Shown here piece after piece: positions 26,304-38,918 of a DNA stretch of 64,000 bases. The notes under the pieces are model-generated. The model saw only the letters and a list, made by a program, of their open reading frames with translations, was not told the DNA's origin and did not search any database. The DNA comes from Eledone cirrhosa (taxonomy: Eukaryota). The stretch's first letter is position 1, and each line of letters starts with the position of its first letter. The translations under genes were made by a program, and so were the position numbers. The DNA lies in NCBI GenBank assembly GCA_964016885.1, contig OZ024740.1, positions 289,974,001-290,038,000 of the forward strand. Reading direction: 5' to 3'.

Positions 26304-29300
26304 GAGCTCAACTTGGAAGCAAGCAATGCTTCTAAATGACCTCAGGTCACAACGTATAGATGTGACGGTTATTTGCGAGGCCCGGATCAGCAACGTGCGA
26401 CAGCTGGCCCCCACCTTTGACGACTTTGAGATGCACGCATCTCTCTGTCAGCCCGGAGGTGGGTGTGGGGTTGTCGTTCTGCTGCAAAAACATCTGGGTC
26501 TCGCAACACAGGCGGTACATTTGGACGCGGAGGGTCGACTAGTGGTTCTGGACCTTGGCAGTGGTGAAGGCGGAGCGTTTAGGCTGGTAGCCGTCTACGG
26601 CCCTTTCGGGTCAACGCGACAGGACTTCTTCCATCGTCTTGAGACTTTTCTATGGACGTCCCGTTCGTTCCTATTAGTGGGGGACTGGAATGGTATCCTA
26701 GATGCACGTTGGGACTACGTAGGAGCCTGTCCCGATAAGAGGGGTGTAACAGCCTGGCCGATAGACCTGGCCGATAGATATCGACTAGATTTTCCGACTG
26801 CGCCAACGTGGACTTGGGCAAACCGTAACGGATCATCTAGGTCGTACCTAGATAGGTTCTTAGTTAGAAATAAGGATAAGGACTTTTTAAGTTGTCCAAA
26901 AATGCTCATGGGTGGCTATTCAGGCCACAAGTTAGTGAACTGCATGGTCAACCTTGACAGAACGCATAGACAGGGACCCGGTTACCGGCAAGTAAAGCTT
27001 ACAGGGACCGGATTAGCACTTTAGTTAAGGAGCGTTTGACGGGCGCCATCGTCAACAGCAGGTGGTGGGGATCTCTCAAAAGAGAGATTAGACTAGTCTC
27101 TATAGAATTTAGTAAGGAGTTAGCATCAAATAGAAATAGGAAGGAAAGGGAGTTGGTAGATAGTGTAGAAGAGGCAATTAGAAGGGGCGACGTGGCCAGA
27201 GTGCTAGCGTGCTCTGGGAAACGAGGGGACCAAATCTGTTAACTGGGCCCGCGTGACAGAAGCCAAAAGAGGGAGTAGATCCACTATCCGGTCTTTGCAA
27301 GACCAGGATGGACGGGTGATCCTTAAACCTAAGCAGATGTTCGAGGCTTTTCAAAAGCACTTTGCCAGATTGTTCGGAAGGAGTGGGGAGCCGGTTGGAG
27401 AAGTGGACTTCGGTCCACACCTCCGTCCACACTGCGTCTCTCAGACAAGGAGGCGAAATCCTGCGAGGAGCCGATTTCAGCCGCTGAGATAGAGGACGTG
27501 CTGAGTCAATGCGGCAAACGCAAATCCCCGGGTCTCGATGGTCTTCCATACGAACTATATCTAGCTATGCCGGACTTGTTCCCCGATCTCCTCCAGGCGG
27601 TCTACTGCAACTGGCAACAGAACGGGAGAATTCCCTGTGCTGTGACCAAGGGCGTAGTCACGCTAGTGAAGGAAAGGGCGAGAACAAGGGGGACGATATA
27701 AATAATTTCAGGCCCATAACTCTGTTAAATACAGAGTTACAGATTTTGGCCAAGGTGCTAGCAAAGAGGTTGGCGCTTGTCGTAGGCAACCTGGTGGGAG
27801 ATGCGCAGACATGTGCTATCCCGTCCAGGTCCATCCACGACAACCTCCACATCATGCGATACATCATAGAGAGGGTTGAGAACGAACCCGGCTTTGCTGG
27901 GGCCCTGATCAACTTGGATCAATCTAAGGCGTTCGATAGGGTCGACCATGGTTACCTGGATGCGGTGCTAGTGGCGGCAGGCTTTGGACCCGTTTTCAGA
28001 GGCTGGAACACTGCCATGCACAGCAGCCGCATCTGCTCGAGGATCAAGGTGAACGGCTACCTCTCGGAGCCGTTCGAAATCGCGCGGTCCATCCGACAAG
28101 GGTGCCCTCTCTCCTCCCCTATGTATGTAGTGACTCTAGAGCCACTGAAGCGGAAGTTGTGGAGTTGTTGCAGGGCATCCCGTTGAAACCGGGATTGCGG
28201 AAAGCGGTGTCAGCCTACGCCGAAAACGTAACAGTAATGGTGTCGACGGCCTCGGAAATGGGGGCGATCGGCACTTTACTGGAAGAGTACCAAAGGTTTA
28301 CAGGGGCTAAGCTGAACCGGGACAAGTCGATTGGTCTGCAACTCGGCACGTGGAGGGGCAAATCGATGCCCTCCGATGGCGTCGTCGGGCGCTGGACGGA
28401 GGGCCCGGTGAAGTTGCTCGGGGTCTGGTTCGGACCAGACCTCCAGGTGGAGAAGAACTGGGGTGAGGTAACGAACACGGTGTTTGCACTGACCCAGAAG
28501 TGGACCGAGTGCAAACTGTCCCTGAAAGGTCGGGCGGAGGTGGCGAACACTTATATAGTGTCCGTCATCTACTACCGTCTGACCGTCGTGCCTTGCCTAA
28601 GGGACGAGCCCGCCAAAATGGAGCGCGCACTCTTCCAATTCCTTTGGCAGAAGCGGGCTCCTATGGTGAGGAGATCCATCTGCTGTCAACACCCTTCGAA
28701 AGGAGGGCTGGTGATGCCGTGGCTGATGATGCGTAAACACGAATTAAGGCTACGGCACCTCCAGGTATTCCTCCCCGGTCAACCGGTGTGGGCCCCGTTT
28801 GTGAGGCGAGCCTTTCCCAGACTCGTCTCGCTCACCGAGCTGCAATCCTGAAAACAAAGACCGAGAAAACTGGGCGCCTGGCACACCGAGTGTGCCCAGG
28901 CGCTCTCGGCTCTCTGGCAGGCGGACCCGGCTGTCTGTGGAGAATCCACCTCGTCATTCTATAGAGGGCTGGTGGTTAGCAGGTGCGACGACGCCCTCAG
29001 AGAAGCCCTAGGCATGGAGGAAAACGAACTGGCCAACCTGTTCGGTAGGACATTCAGCCCGGGACCTATGGATAACTTCCAGAGGTCCCTGGGTTGGCAA
29101 TGCTACCGAGGGGCTCTGCCCGTTCGAGAAAGGCTCTACAGACACGGGCGCCCGGCTAGGGACCCCTCGAAAAAGATCTGTCCCAGATGCGTGTGCGACG
29201 AGGAAACCATTGCACACGCTTTGGTACACTGCTCGGGCATTGCCGATCTGTGGGGCTATGTCGAACGACTGCTGTCACGGGTGGGACCGATCCGGTTGAC

Positions 29301-29860
29301 CACCGAGTCTATTGTAACGATCAAACCGCCTCCCCTTCAAAACGAAGGAGAGGCGGTGTTTCTGTGCGTAATAGCCACGGTGAAAGAGGTTGTATGGTGG
29401 ACGCGTCTGAAAGGACTGAGGTCAGACACCTTTCTCTCTGGCCAACAACTGGTCCGTTTCTTCCGATATCATTTCGGAAAAAGGATCAGGCTGGAGAGAG
29501 AGGTGCTGCACCCCAGCCGTTTTTATGAAAGATGGGTGAAAGTGGCGAGAATGGCCCGTGTGAATGGGCCTTCACTCTACATCAGACTGTAGGTGAGTAA
29601 GATGAAAGATCAAGGGAGCACCCTCTCTCTGTGCTCCTGAGGAGAAGGGTTGCACACTTTTTCGGGGGTGTGTGCGACCCCCCAAGGCGCCTCCTGCCTA
29701 TTGAGGATTTTGTTATTCAATTTATTTTTGTTATATTTTATATTTTATATTTTTATATTTTGTTATTGCCTCCTCCTTATTTAAGACGCCTTTTTATGTA
29801 AACTCCCCCCATTGTACTAGTCCCGCTCTTTGACGCCCTGGTGGCAAATAAAAAGAAAGT
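26304..29860 (+). mobile_element. Tx1/L1-clade LINE with near-complete but frameshifted ORF2 (APE endonuclease, RT, zinc finger)
   Basis: APE motifs GDWN, SYLDRF, SGHK; RT motifs KSPGLDGLP, NFRPITLLN, LDQSKAFDRVDH, RQGCPLS, AYAEN (mutated YADD); GGL..P; CPRC..ETIAHALVHC; 16-bp TSD TATCTATCCTCCACCT at 26288-26303 and 29861-29876. Confidence 0.95.
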
Positions 29861-30189
29861 TATCTATCCTCCACCTATCTATCTTTCTATCTACCAGGAT
29901 ATATATATTTACATTTGTTGACTTTATAGTTGTATCTGTTGACTTTCTCTATATCGTATGTATCCTACAGATTCATGCTCAGTCATGTTAACTCCCCTTA
30001 CCCGTTTCTTTTTGTCTTGTCCTTTCTCTTATTTCTTCTCATTGTTCGTTTATAATCCTTTATTTATATTGTCGCATTCTTTCTCTTGTTGCTGCAAGTT
30101 TTCTATTTCCTTTCATATCGAAGATTGTTTAAATATTGAGACGAAAATTTACTGGTGTGCAAAATGATACAAGTAGGGGTAAAGGAACC

Positions 30190-30420
30190 TTAACTCCTGA
30201 TGGAGTCGTAGAGGCACCGTCCTGATACACGGTATATCTTGGGGATTTAATACTTGGCAGAGCTCACCCCACTCCAGGTCGGAACATTTCCGATTTCTTC
30301 CAGAGAAGGAAACAGAGAAAGAACCGACCTCAGTATTAGACTGGAACTTTATTTATTGACCACAAAAGGATAAAAGCAAAGTTGACCGCGGTGAGATATG
30401 AAACCAGAGCGCAGTGAGTC
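30190..30420 (-). mobile_element. Old SINE variant with a different tail (also 23270-23470)
   Basis: Shared TAACTCCTGATGGA..CGTA..GGCACCGTC end and degenerate TTTATTGACC...GCAAAGTTGACC core. Confidence 0.6.
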
Positions 30421-30726
30421 TAGGCATTTCTAATCTGACACCTTAACAACTCAAACTATTATTAAAAGAAATTGGTATACGTTTCTCACTGAATACACCA
30501 TATAAAAATTCAATCGTATCAGTTCAAACTTAGCTTTTAAAAACGTATGGTAATATAGAAATACATGTCGTGACAAGTAGAATAAGACAGTGAACTTTAA
30601 CCCATTTTCGACGATACGAATATGAACCGCAAATATGTTTGAGAGATTTATAAATTAACCTTAACCTGATAATAGAAGAAATATTTTTTTTTATGTCCAT
30701 ATATATATATATATGGACATCAACAA

Positions 30727-30775
<49 letters not shown>

Positions 30776-31227
30776 ATGGCTGTTTTAGAGGGTGTGAGTT
30801 TTTATTCTTGTGATGTAATGGCAGTCAAATGGGTATGTTGCTGCTGGCAGTATTTCAGTTTGTTGAATTTTTTTGCTAATTCTTTTAATTTTGCCGATGT
30901 GTGTTTTATAATATATATATATATATATCGATATATATATATGTGTGTATAAATATATATATATATATATGAGAGTATTGAAGTTTGCTTGAAGCATTGT
31001 TGAATAATAAGGTAAATTTCTTTAAGTCGTTTGGAAGCCTCGACAATGCAAATGGGTAAATCTCTGGGTAACAAGATCCGGTGGTGGAGAGAGAGATGTA
31101 AGTGGGTGTACGTTGAGATGCGTGGCGTGTAGAAGACTGTAGCGTGTAGAAGAATGTAGGAAAGAACGTAAAGGATAAAAATAAATAACAACACGAGATA
31201 GAGTTACCTTGGGAGAGATATAATTGT

Positions 31228-31263
31228 CCCTATATATTTCGGATTCACATCCATCAACTGGGG
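31228..31263 (-). ncRNA. Degenerate hammerhead ribozyme
   Basis: CCC-CAGTTGA-T-GGAT/GTGA/ATCC-GAAA-TATA-TA-GGG; all stems intact, two core substitutions. Confidence 0.5.
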
Positions 31264-31914
31264 TATTTTGCGGAGGGGGGGGGAGGTTGTCTGTCGGAAA
31301 GGCGCGAAACGTGTCCTCCTCTGTTCGTTGTTTTGAATATCTGAGGTATTCAAAAGACAGCGCGTGCGCGTGAAATGGGGTCGGTCAAGCAGAGCTCAGC
31401 GGCCGAAATAGTTCTTTCAATTGTGGGAGTGGGGTGGCGCTAGCTGTCAGTCCATAGTATTCTCTGCCTGTTTGGTTAATGTTTCTGTGTGTGTGTGTGT
31501 GCGCGTATATATATATATATAATATATATACATATATATACACACACACACATACACACACATATACACACACACACATACACACACACATACACACACA
31601 CACATACACACACACACAGACACACAACACATTATATATATATATATATATATAATTATATACATATGGGTCCATGCGTGTTTGTATAAAATTGACTATT
31701 TCATAAAAGAAATATTAAAATGGAAGCTTTAGGATATCATGAAAAATATCAAAATTTATTGATAAAACCTATAAAAACGGCTCTCTAATTTCCACGAATC
31801 CTTCAAATATTTTATTGAACGTTTGGGGTTCCTATGACAATGGCTAAAATGCCATACTTCATATTACGGGTAATTTTGGCACTTTGGTTAACATCATGTA
31901 ATGTAACTTTGATA

Positions 31915-32364
31915 AAATAATTTTATTTTTACAAATTTCATGGTATTTATGAAAAAAGAAATAAAATGAATATTATTTTGAAAATATAAATAGTTATAAT
32001 CCTATAATAAGATTATATTAATACAAACAGAATCTCTTCTTCTTCGCCCACTATTTCTTGGATGTCGTGGAGGCAATGTCCTCAAACTCTCCTTCAAGCC
32101 GGTCCTGTCACAAGCAAGCGTTTCCAACCGGTCTTGCGGAAACTGTTGCTTCTGACAGGACCCACTGGAAGAAGTGTCTGAGGATACTGCCCTTACGACT
32201 CTCCAAGAAATAAGTGGGTGAAGAAGAAGAAAAATAGATTCCTTTTGTATCAATATAATCTTATTTTAGGTTAATAGCTAATATTTTCAAAATTAGTATT
32301 CATTTTATTAATTTTTTTTTAAATACCATGAAATACCATGAAATTTGAAAAAAATCAAAATTAT
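31915..32364. repeat. Imperfect fold-back palindrome (about 220-bp arms)
   Basis: AATTTCATGGTATTT..ATAAGATTATATT..TATTTCTTGGA..GGTCCTGTCA mirrored on the right side. Confidence 0.85.
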
Positions 32365-32637
32365 AAAATGACTGAATATATAAAAAAAATAATAAATAAC
32401 ATTATAACTCACTATAGCTACATTTTGCTAAACAGATTGATAACATCATTTACGCTCAAACATTGCATCTGTAGAAATAAAGAAAGCAGCTATTTAAGAA
32501 AAAAGGAAAGAAAAGAAGTTGAGAAATGAAATATGCATTTTTCTATATGTATATTTCATAAGTATTCTTTCTTCATTCGTATGTTTCTATATTAAAAATA
32601 TTTAGCAGTCTCTCTCTCTCTCTCTCTCTCTTTTGCT

Positions 32638-32712
<75 letters not shown>

Positions 32713-32899
32713 TACACACACACACATACTCTCTCTCTACCCCCTGTCCCTCTCTTTATGTATCTATAAGATCCCAGAATAGGCTGAAAGTAAAGATTCT
32801 GTGCTTAGACATTTAATCTGATAAATTAATAAATATTCGCTCTATCGTATATATATAAATAAATTTATCGGCCTTTCAGGGGACCTCGTTCCTTTCAAT

Positions 32900-32996
<97 letters not shown>

Positions 32997-32998
<2 letters not shown>

Positions 32999-33245
32999 AA
33001 TGTAATCTGAGTATTTCGAATATTAATAACAATATTCGAATCGTTTACAATTATGCAAACAAGCCTCAATTTTAAAGCCATGTCAGTAGAATGAGCCCCT
33101 CATTCTTTCTCTTATGTTGGCATGTAAACAGAGCAGGAATGAGGGACTCCTTCTACTGACATGGCTTTAAAAATGAGGCTTGTTTGCATAATTGCAAACG
33201 AATCGAATATTGTTATTAATATTCGAAAAACTCAGATTACATTTA
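32997..33245. repeat. Fold-back palindrome (about 110-bp arms) in (TA)n
   Basis: TAAATGTAATCTGAG..AAAGCCATGTCAGTAGAA vs TTCTACTGACATGGCTTT..CTCAGATTACATTTA. Confidence 0.88.
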
Positions 33246-33266
33246 TTGTATTCAGCCATGTAGAAC

Positions 33267-33327
<61 letters not shown>

Positions 33328-33364
33328 TGCATGTTTGTATGTATGTAGGTCGGTATGTATGTAT

Positions 33365-33985
33365 GTCACCAGTTGGTGCTACTGGTAACATGTATCCCAG
33401 TACAACCTGTCTCATGGTCGGGTCGTTGGCGACTAAACTGGCAACCCCACCAAGGTTTCTTGGTGAGGAGGGTGACTTTGGACATCCTGCAGGACTAAAA
33501 ACAAAACCTGTCAAAGGGAAAAGGAGCTCTTAAGAGTCAATGGCCATCCAAAATCACTGGGAGAGATGACCCCTTAGCCTTTGTCAAGGCAGAATTCTAG
33601 GAGAAGGAAAACGCTGATATAACACCTGCAACCCTGATCGTATCCAATGATGTTGACTTGTTCTTCTTTTTGGTAAATATCATCTTGGTTAAGAGAGTGG
33701 GACTGGCTTTGTGCAGTGCCTTTGCTCACTATAAAAGCTTCACGGCACAGGCATTGCTTTATATCTGGAGATCTCTCTGCACTTGTCGTCACATGGTACC
33801 ATGGGCCCAGCACTATGTGTCAATAATTGTCACAAGTGTAGTGTTTGTACCAGAGTTTTCAAGTCGCTGGCTGGACTAAAAATTCACACTCGTTCAGCGC
33901 ATCGGTAGGAGTTCTCCTACATGGATATAAAGTAGTGGCCGTACTCGAAAACGAGTTGGCAGCCACCATGTATGAATGTATGTAT
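33365..33985 (+). mobile_element. (ATGT)n-tailed retroposon, uninterrupted copy
   Basis: Homologous to 20375-20712 and 20765-21603; (ATGT)-type repeats on both flanks. Confidence 0.7.
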
Positions 33986-33989
33986 GTCA

Positions 33990-34200
33990 AGGCGTGTGGC
34001 TTAGTGATTAATGTGTTCGGAAGTTCATGATTTTGATTCTCGGATCTGGCGGTGCGTTGTATCCTTGAGCACGACACTTTATTTCACGTTGCTCCAATCC
34101 ACACATCTAGCAAATATGAGCCGTATCTGTAATTCAGATGATCAGCCTTCTCACATGCAGACGTTTCTGTGGAACGTTAGGCTACTTACGCATTAATTCC
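33990..34200 (+). mobile_element. tRNA-derived CORE-like SINE (also 39785-39900)
   Basis: TGGCTTAGTG A-box; GTATCCTTGAGCACGACACTTTATTTCACGTTGCTCC CORE-like domain. Confidence 0.7.
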
Positions 34201-34268
34201 ACACATGGGTCAAATGGGTCTAATGTCACTGTATATAATGTGCCGGTAGTTTGAAATTGGTTAATAAT

Positions 34269-34453
34269 TGTTTCTACTTTAGGCACAAGGCCAGCAATTA
34301 CCCGGTGCATTACTGGTACTTTATTTTATCGACCCCATAAGGATGAAAGGCAAAGTCAACCTCGGCGGGATTTGGACTCTGATCGTAAAGGGACGTAACT
34401 ATGCTGGAAAGCATGGCGTCCGACCCTCTACCGATACTGCCAATCCACCGCCC
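34269..34453 (-). mobile_element. SINE with TSD
   Basis: ATTGGTTAATAAT on both flanks. Confidence 0.9.
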
Positions 34454-34509
34454 ATTGGTTAATAATGTCTTTTTCTGATGGCGGTAAAACGCTATATCGC
34501 TGGTTGTTG

Positions 34510-34800
34510 CACATGTGCAGCTTCCCATGAAGGCGACGTTGGGAGTCACCAGCTCCGAGAGAGTATGAAAGGTCCTTCTCAATGATGCTCCATGTGATGT
34601 TGGAAATGTTCTTCTCCTAGTCTCAGAACCTCCGCATGCAACGGCGCAAGGAGTTGGAAATTTTCCTGTTTCTGTACCTGGTGAAATGCATATGTTCAGT
34701 GCATTTTCCTTTGAAATCATTGGCTGTTAGGCCTGTGTTGGTCCTCATTATGCCATCTGGTGGTATGAGGATGCTGTACAGTTCACAGGTTTTAAGAGGC
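34510..34800 (-). pseudogene. Highly decayed GIY-YIG endonuclease of a second Penelope-like lineage
   Basis: Manual translation TNTGLTANDFKGKCTEHMH...ISNITWSIIEKDLSYSLGAG...LHGKLHM resembles the PLE pattern YxGLTxNxFKxRxxxH...IxWSIIxxxxxY...CxLCLxEKLxI; in-frame stops. Confidence 0.55.
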
Positions 34801-35559
34801 GGGATCCTCTCCCCGATGATAATTGGTAGACTTTCGGAAGCTACAAACTTGTGAGAGTGGTTGATATGTGTAGGTGTATATTTTCTTCTGCTGTAGCAAT
34901 AAAGTTGAAAGCAATGCTATTTAAGCAGGAGCAGTTAACTCTAATGGGAATTGAAGAATTTATGGTATTTGTGGTTGTTTTAGAAGTGTCATCCAGAAGT
35001 TCCTAGCTATACGTGTGGAAGCATCTAGATTGGATAGAGAGTTAATACAATTTATCCTCCTCTTCCTAATTCAGACACTCCATCCATGCCTACTAATCTT
35101 CTATTAAAGCCATTTTTCACTAAGGCCTCCTTTTTATAGAATGCAGCTCCGTTAAAGGTATCTTAACCAGATGATAAACTAGAGATTCTTATGCTAATTC
35201 TGCCAATAAAATCACACGCAAGTGGTGTGACCAACTTCAGTACTGATCAATCAGACAAAGGTTTTCATTACACTTTTGTTGCTCGATTCAGTTCCTTTTC
35301 ACAGATGGATGTTTAATACAGAAGGGAACTACAACTGATGTATGTGTATTTTAATTTTACAGCAGAATTATGTTTCAAAAGGACAGTCCACATATCGCTT
35401 TGCATGTAGTACAACAAATATGAGTATTTTCAGAGAAAATCAACATGCAAGCAATGAGACCATTGCGGAATTAAATGATATGCATTGATTTGTAGAAGAG
35501 GGCTTAATTCTTTCCGCAAGAGAACACCTCATCTTCCAGATCAAAGTCCTTTCTAGGAA

Positions 35560-35900
35560 AAATATGCTTCTCGCCTCTTAACTCTGCTTGAGTTGTATTT
35601 AATTTGGTTTATTACCGCCCGCTAACATATCAGGGTCGCCAAACGTTATGTCAAATATAGTGTATTGGGGGTTAACATCATTGATATAGCCTAGATTATC
35701 CATATCAGGATTGTTGAAAACAGAACAGTATTGTTTCTGCAGTATCTTGCCCATGGTTTTAACATCATCATAGGGACCGTTATTTTCATCAACTAGAGGA
35801 CCAACAACAGCAACTTTGGTGTTTTTGGAAAATGAAAAATTGGGATTCAGTTTCATTTTCTTAATGGCCCATTCCTCTTCAGGATTTCGTTGATTTCGTT
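35560..35900 (-). pseudogene. CR1/Jockey-group LINE relic (EN-RT linker)
   Basis: VGPLVDENNGPYDDVKTMGKILQKQYCSVF...DITF motif typical of LINE ORF2 linkers. Confidence 0.6.
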
Positions 35901-36076
35901 GGTTATTGATGATGGTCATCATGCACTTATGGAGATTATATTTTTTTATTTGAGCATTGCAATAGCAGTCGAATTGATGTGTTGCTGCAGCCAATAGTGT
36001 ACTTTGTTGGATTATATGTTAACTCTCTTTCTAATAATAGTTTTCAATAATTTTAGGGATTCTTCACTTAGTTTTG

Positions 36077-36128
<52 letters not shown>

Positions 36129-36134
36129 CACACG

Positions 36135-36169
<35 letters not shown>

Positions 36170-36265
36170 TATATAATATATATACATATATATATATGTG
36201 TGTGTGTGTGTGAAATTTAGTAGAAATAGAAGCTTTCGCCGTAGTTTAGACGGCGAAAGCTTCTA

Positions 36266-37179
36266 TCTATCTATATAGTACTAAAAGTCTGTGATTGATT
36301 GCTTGCTTGCTTATCTGTAATCAAATACAGCCAAAAGGGCGCATAATGGGAAAATTCTTTGAAAGGAAGTTACCCCTGAAATAGGAATACAAATGGAATA
36401 AACCAAGTTTCGCGTAAATCGAAGCACGGGTTATCGAGATATGGGGTTTTTCCGGGTGTACCTTCATAAATAGCGAAAACGGTGCATAATGGAAAAAATA
36501 CTCCGAAAATAACATAACCCTGCAAACCCTCATAAATAGCCAAAACGATGCATAATGGGAAAATATGCCGAAAGTAAAATAACCCTGAAATGGGAATACA
36601 AACGGAATAAAACAAGTTTGACGTAAATCGGACATAGACAATATTTCCATTAATCATAAAATATCTTTCAGTGAATAGGATTTAAAAAATACATAAAAAA
36701 ATTTTTTTCAGTGATTTTGAGTGAATATGATTTCAAAAATACAATTTGTTTGTATTTTAAGTATCTATATCAGTCGATTAAACAGACGATATTTTAATTA
36801 TTAAAAAGAAAAACATTTTTAAGTGAATATGACTGAAAAATACGAGTTGTTTTTACAGTAAATGTTTATATTTTCTTAAACAGAATATTTTAATTATTTA
36901 GAAATATTTTTAAGTGAATGTGATTTCGAAAATACAAGTTGTTCGTAAAGTAAGTATTTATATTTTAGCTTTCTTTACACAGACAATATTTAAATTAAAA
37001 AAAAAATTATTTTAAAGTGAATACGATTAAATAAATATGTTTTGGCATATTTAAAAAATATTTTAAAGTGTAAATGACATTCCAATTTCATTTTATATTA
37101 TATACATGTCTGTTTATATTTTAATTATTTTAAAATTATTTCTAAGTGACCGTGATCCGTGGGGTCACGGGTGGTCTAG
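36266..37179 (+). mobile_element. Non-autonomous Helitron, unit 1
   Basis: A|TC start; 3' hairpin CGTGATCC-GTG-GGGTCACG followed by CTAG. Confidence 0.88.
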
Positions 37180-37371
37180 TATACTACTAAAACTTTGTGA
37201 TTGCTTACTTGTTTTCTTGACTGTAATGTAATATAACCAAAACGGTGCATAATTGGAAAATACTTTGAAAAAAACTTGTCCCTGAAGGGGGAATACAAAT
37301 CGAATAAAACAAGTTTCGCGTAAATCGGGGCACCGGCTTCCCGAGATATGGGGTTTTTCGGGTACCTTCAT

Positions 37372-37418
<47 letters not shown>

Positions 37419-37785
37419 GGAGACAGAGAAGGAGAATGGAAGAGAGAGAGAGTGGGAGAGAGCTGGTGGTGTTGTTGAGTGTGTGTGTATATATATATAT
37501 GTGTGTGTATGTGTGTGTGTGTGTATCTATGACCAGTGTATATAGATCACTGACACCCACATATATATATACACACACACATACATATATATATATATGT
37601 ATACACACACACACATTTATATATATATATACAAACACACGTATATTTATGGGCCTTCCAGTTTCATTTCACATTATATACATGTCTGTGTATATTTTAA
37701 TTATTTAAAAATTAGTTTTAAGTGAACATGATTTTTAAAAGATATTTTGAAGTGGACGTGGCCCAACGGGTCACGGGTGGTCTAG
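37180..37785 (+). mobile_element. Non-autonomous Helitron, unit 2 (tandem)
   Basis: Same 5' ACTAAAA..TGTGATTGCTT; hairpin CGTGGCCC-AAC-GGGTCACG followed by CTAG|T; same family as 58121-58769. Confidence 0.88.
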
Positions 37786-37833
37786 TTTCTACTAAATTTC
37801 AAACTTCGTTCGCTGTTTCAAAAGAAACTTACT

Positions 37834-37880
<47 letters not shown>

Positions 37881-38391
37881 TTGAAATAGAATGAAACGAA
37901 ATATATATATATAAGCGCTAAGGTCAAATTATCAACAACTTTTTGTTATTATATTTTTTTTATACAAGTGTTTTATTATTTCTGACAGTTATACATCATC
38001 AATATATCCTCTTGTACACTACTGAAGACGTTTATACATACGCCCACGAACGCCCTGACATATAAACGAACGCGTGCACACATACATACACAGACACATA
38101 CACACAAACATTTATGTGTGTGCTAGACATCCATCAAGATTGCTATTGACTTGGAGTGACTTGCAAAATCTCAAACGAACTGGATATAGGAGTGACAATC
38201 TGTATAAAGCGCAAATCAGAAGTATTATAGAATAGATTTACCTCTACTTTGCTGAATTCGTAATAGCAAAGAATTTTATGAGAAAGGTCAGCAATGTGTT
38301 CAGGTATGGCGGAACCACATCTAGCCAAGCTTTGTAACTGACACTCTTGTGGACACGATAAGAAGATAAACTTTGCTGAATGTTTCACATA

Positions 38392-38622
38392 CGAGGGTCG
38401 ACTGAAATGTTCATAGGCTGAAAAGTTCATAGGCTATAAAGTTCATAGGCTGACCAAGATACTCTCATGGAATAATCAAATGAGGTTTATGTTTCAAAAA
38501 TAGTCCTTCGAAAGTAACAATGCAGTTATTAATAAGAAGGGTTGAAATTAATGCATAAAAGATTTCACAGCTCTAGCATCAGTCCTTCATAGTCAGCGTA
38601 TGAACTTTTCAGTCGACACTCG
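38392..38622. mobile_element. Mariner-type MITE
   Basis: TIRs CGAGGGTCGACTGAAA / TTTCAGTCGACACTCG, TA TSD. Confidence 0.88.
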
Positions 38623-38702
38623 TAGTACACTCAGAAAGAAAACTCAACTCAATTCAGAGCTGATACAATAGAGTAGACAGTTGGATGCAAAAGTAGTTCT
38701 GG

Positions 38703-38918
38703 TGAAGAGAGTGCCTTGAAATTGAAGGTGAAATTATAATATAAGTATGTACAGATGAAGAGAGTGCCTTGAAATTGAAGGTGAAATTATAATATAAGTA
38801 TGTACAGATGAAGAGAGTGCCTTGAAATTGAAGGTGAAATTATAATATAAGTATGTACAGATGAAGAGAGTGCCTTGAAATTGAAGGTGAAATTATAATA
38901 TAAGTATGTACAGATGAA
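38703..38918. repeat. 53-bp minisatellite, four identical copies
   Basis: Unit TGAAGAGAGTGCCTTGAAATTGAAGGTGAAATTATAATATAAGTATGTACAGA. Confidence 0.97.

Noticed and set aside
38703-38918. CRISPR-like array
   Set aside because: Contiguous identical units with no spacers; eukaryotic context with no cas genes
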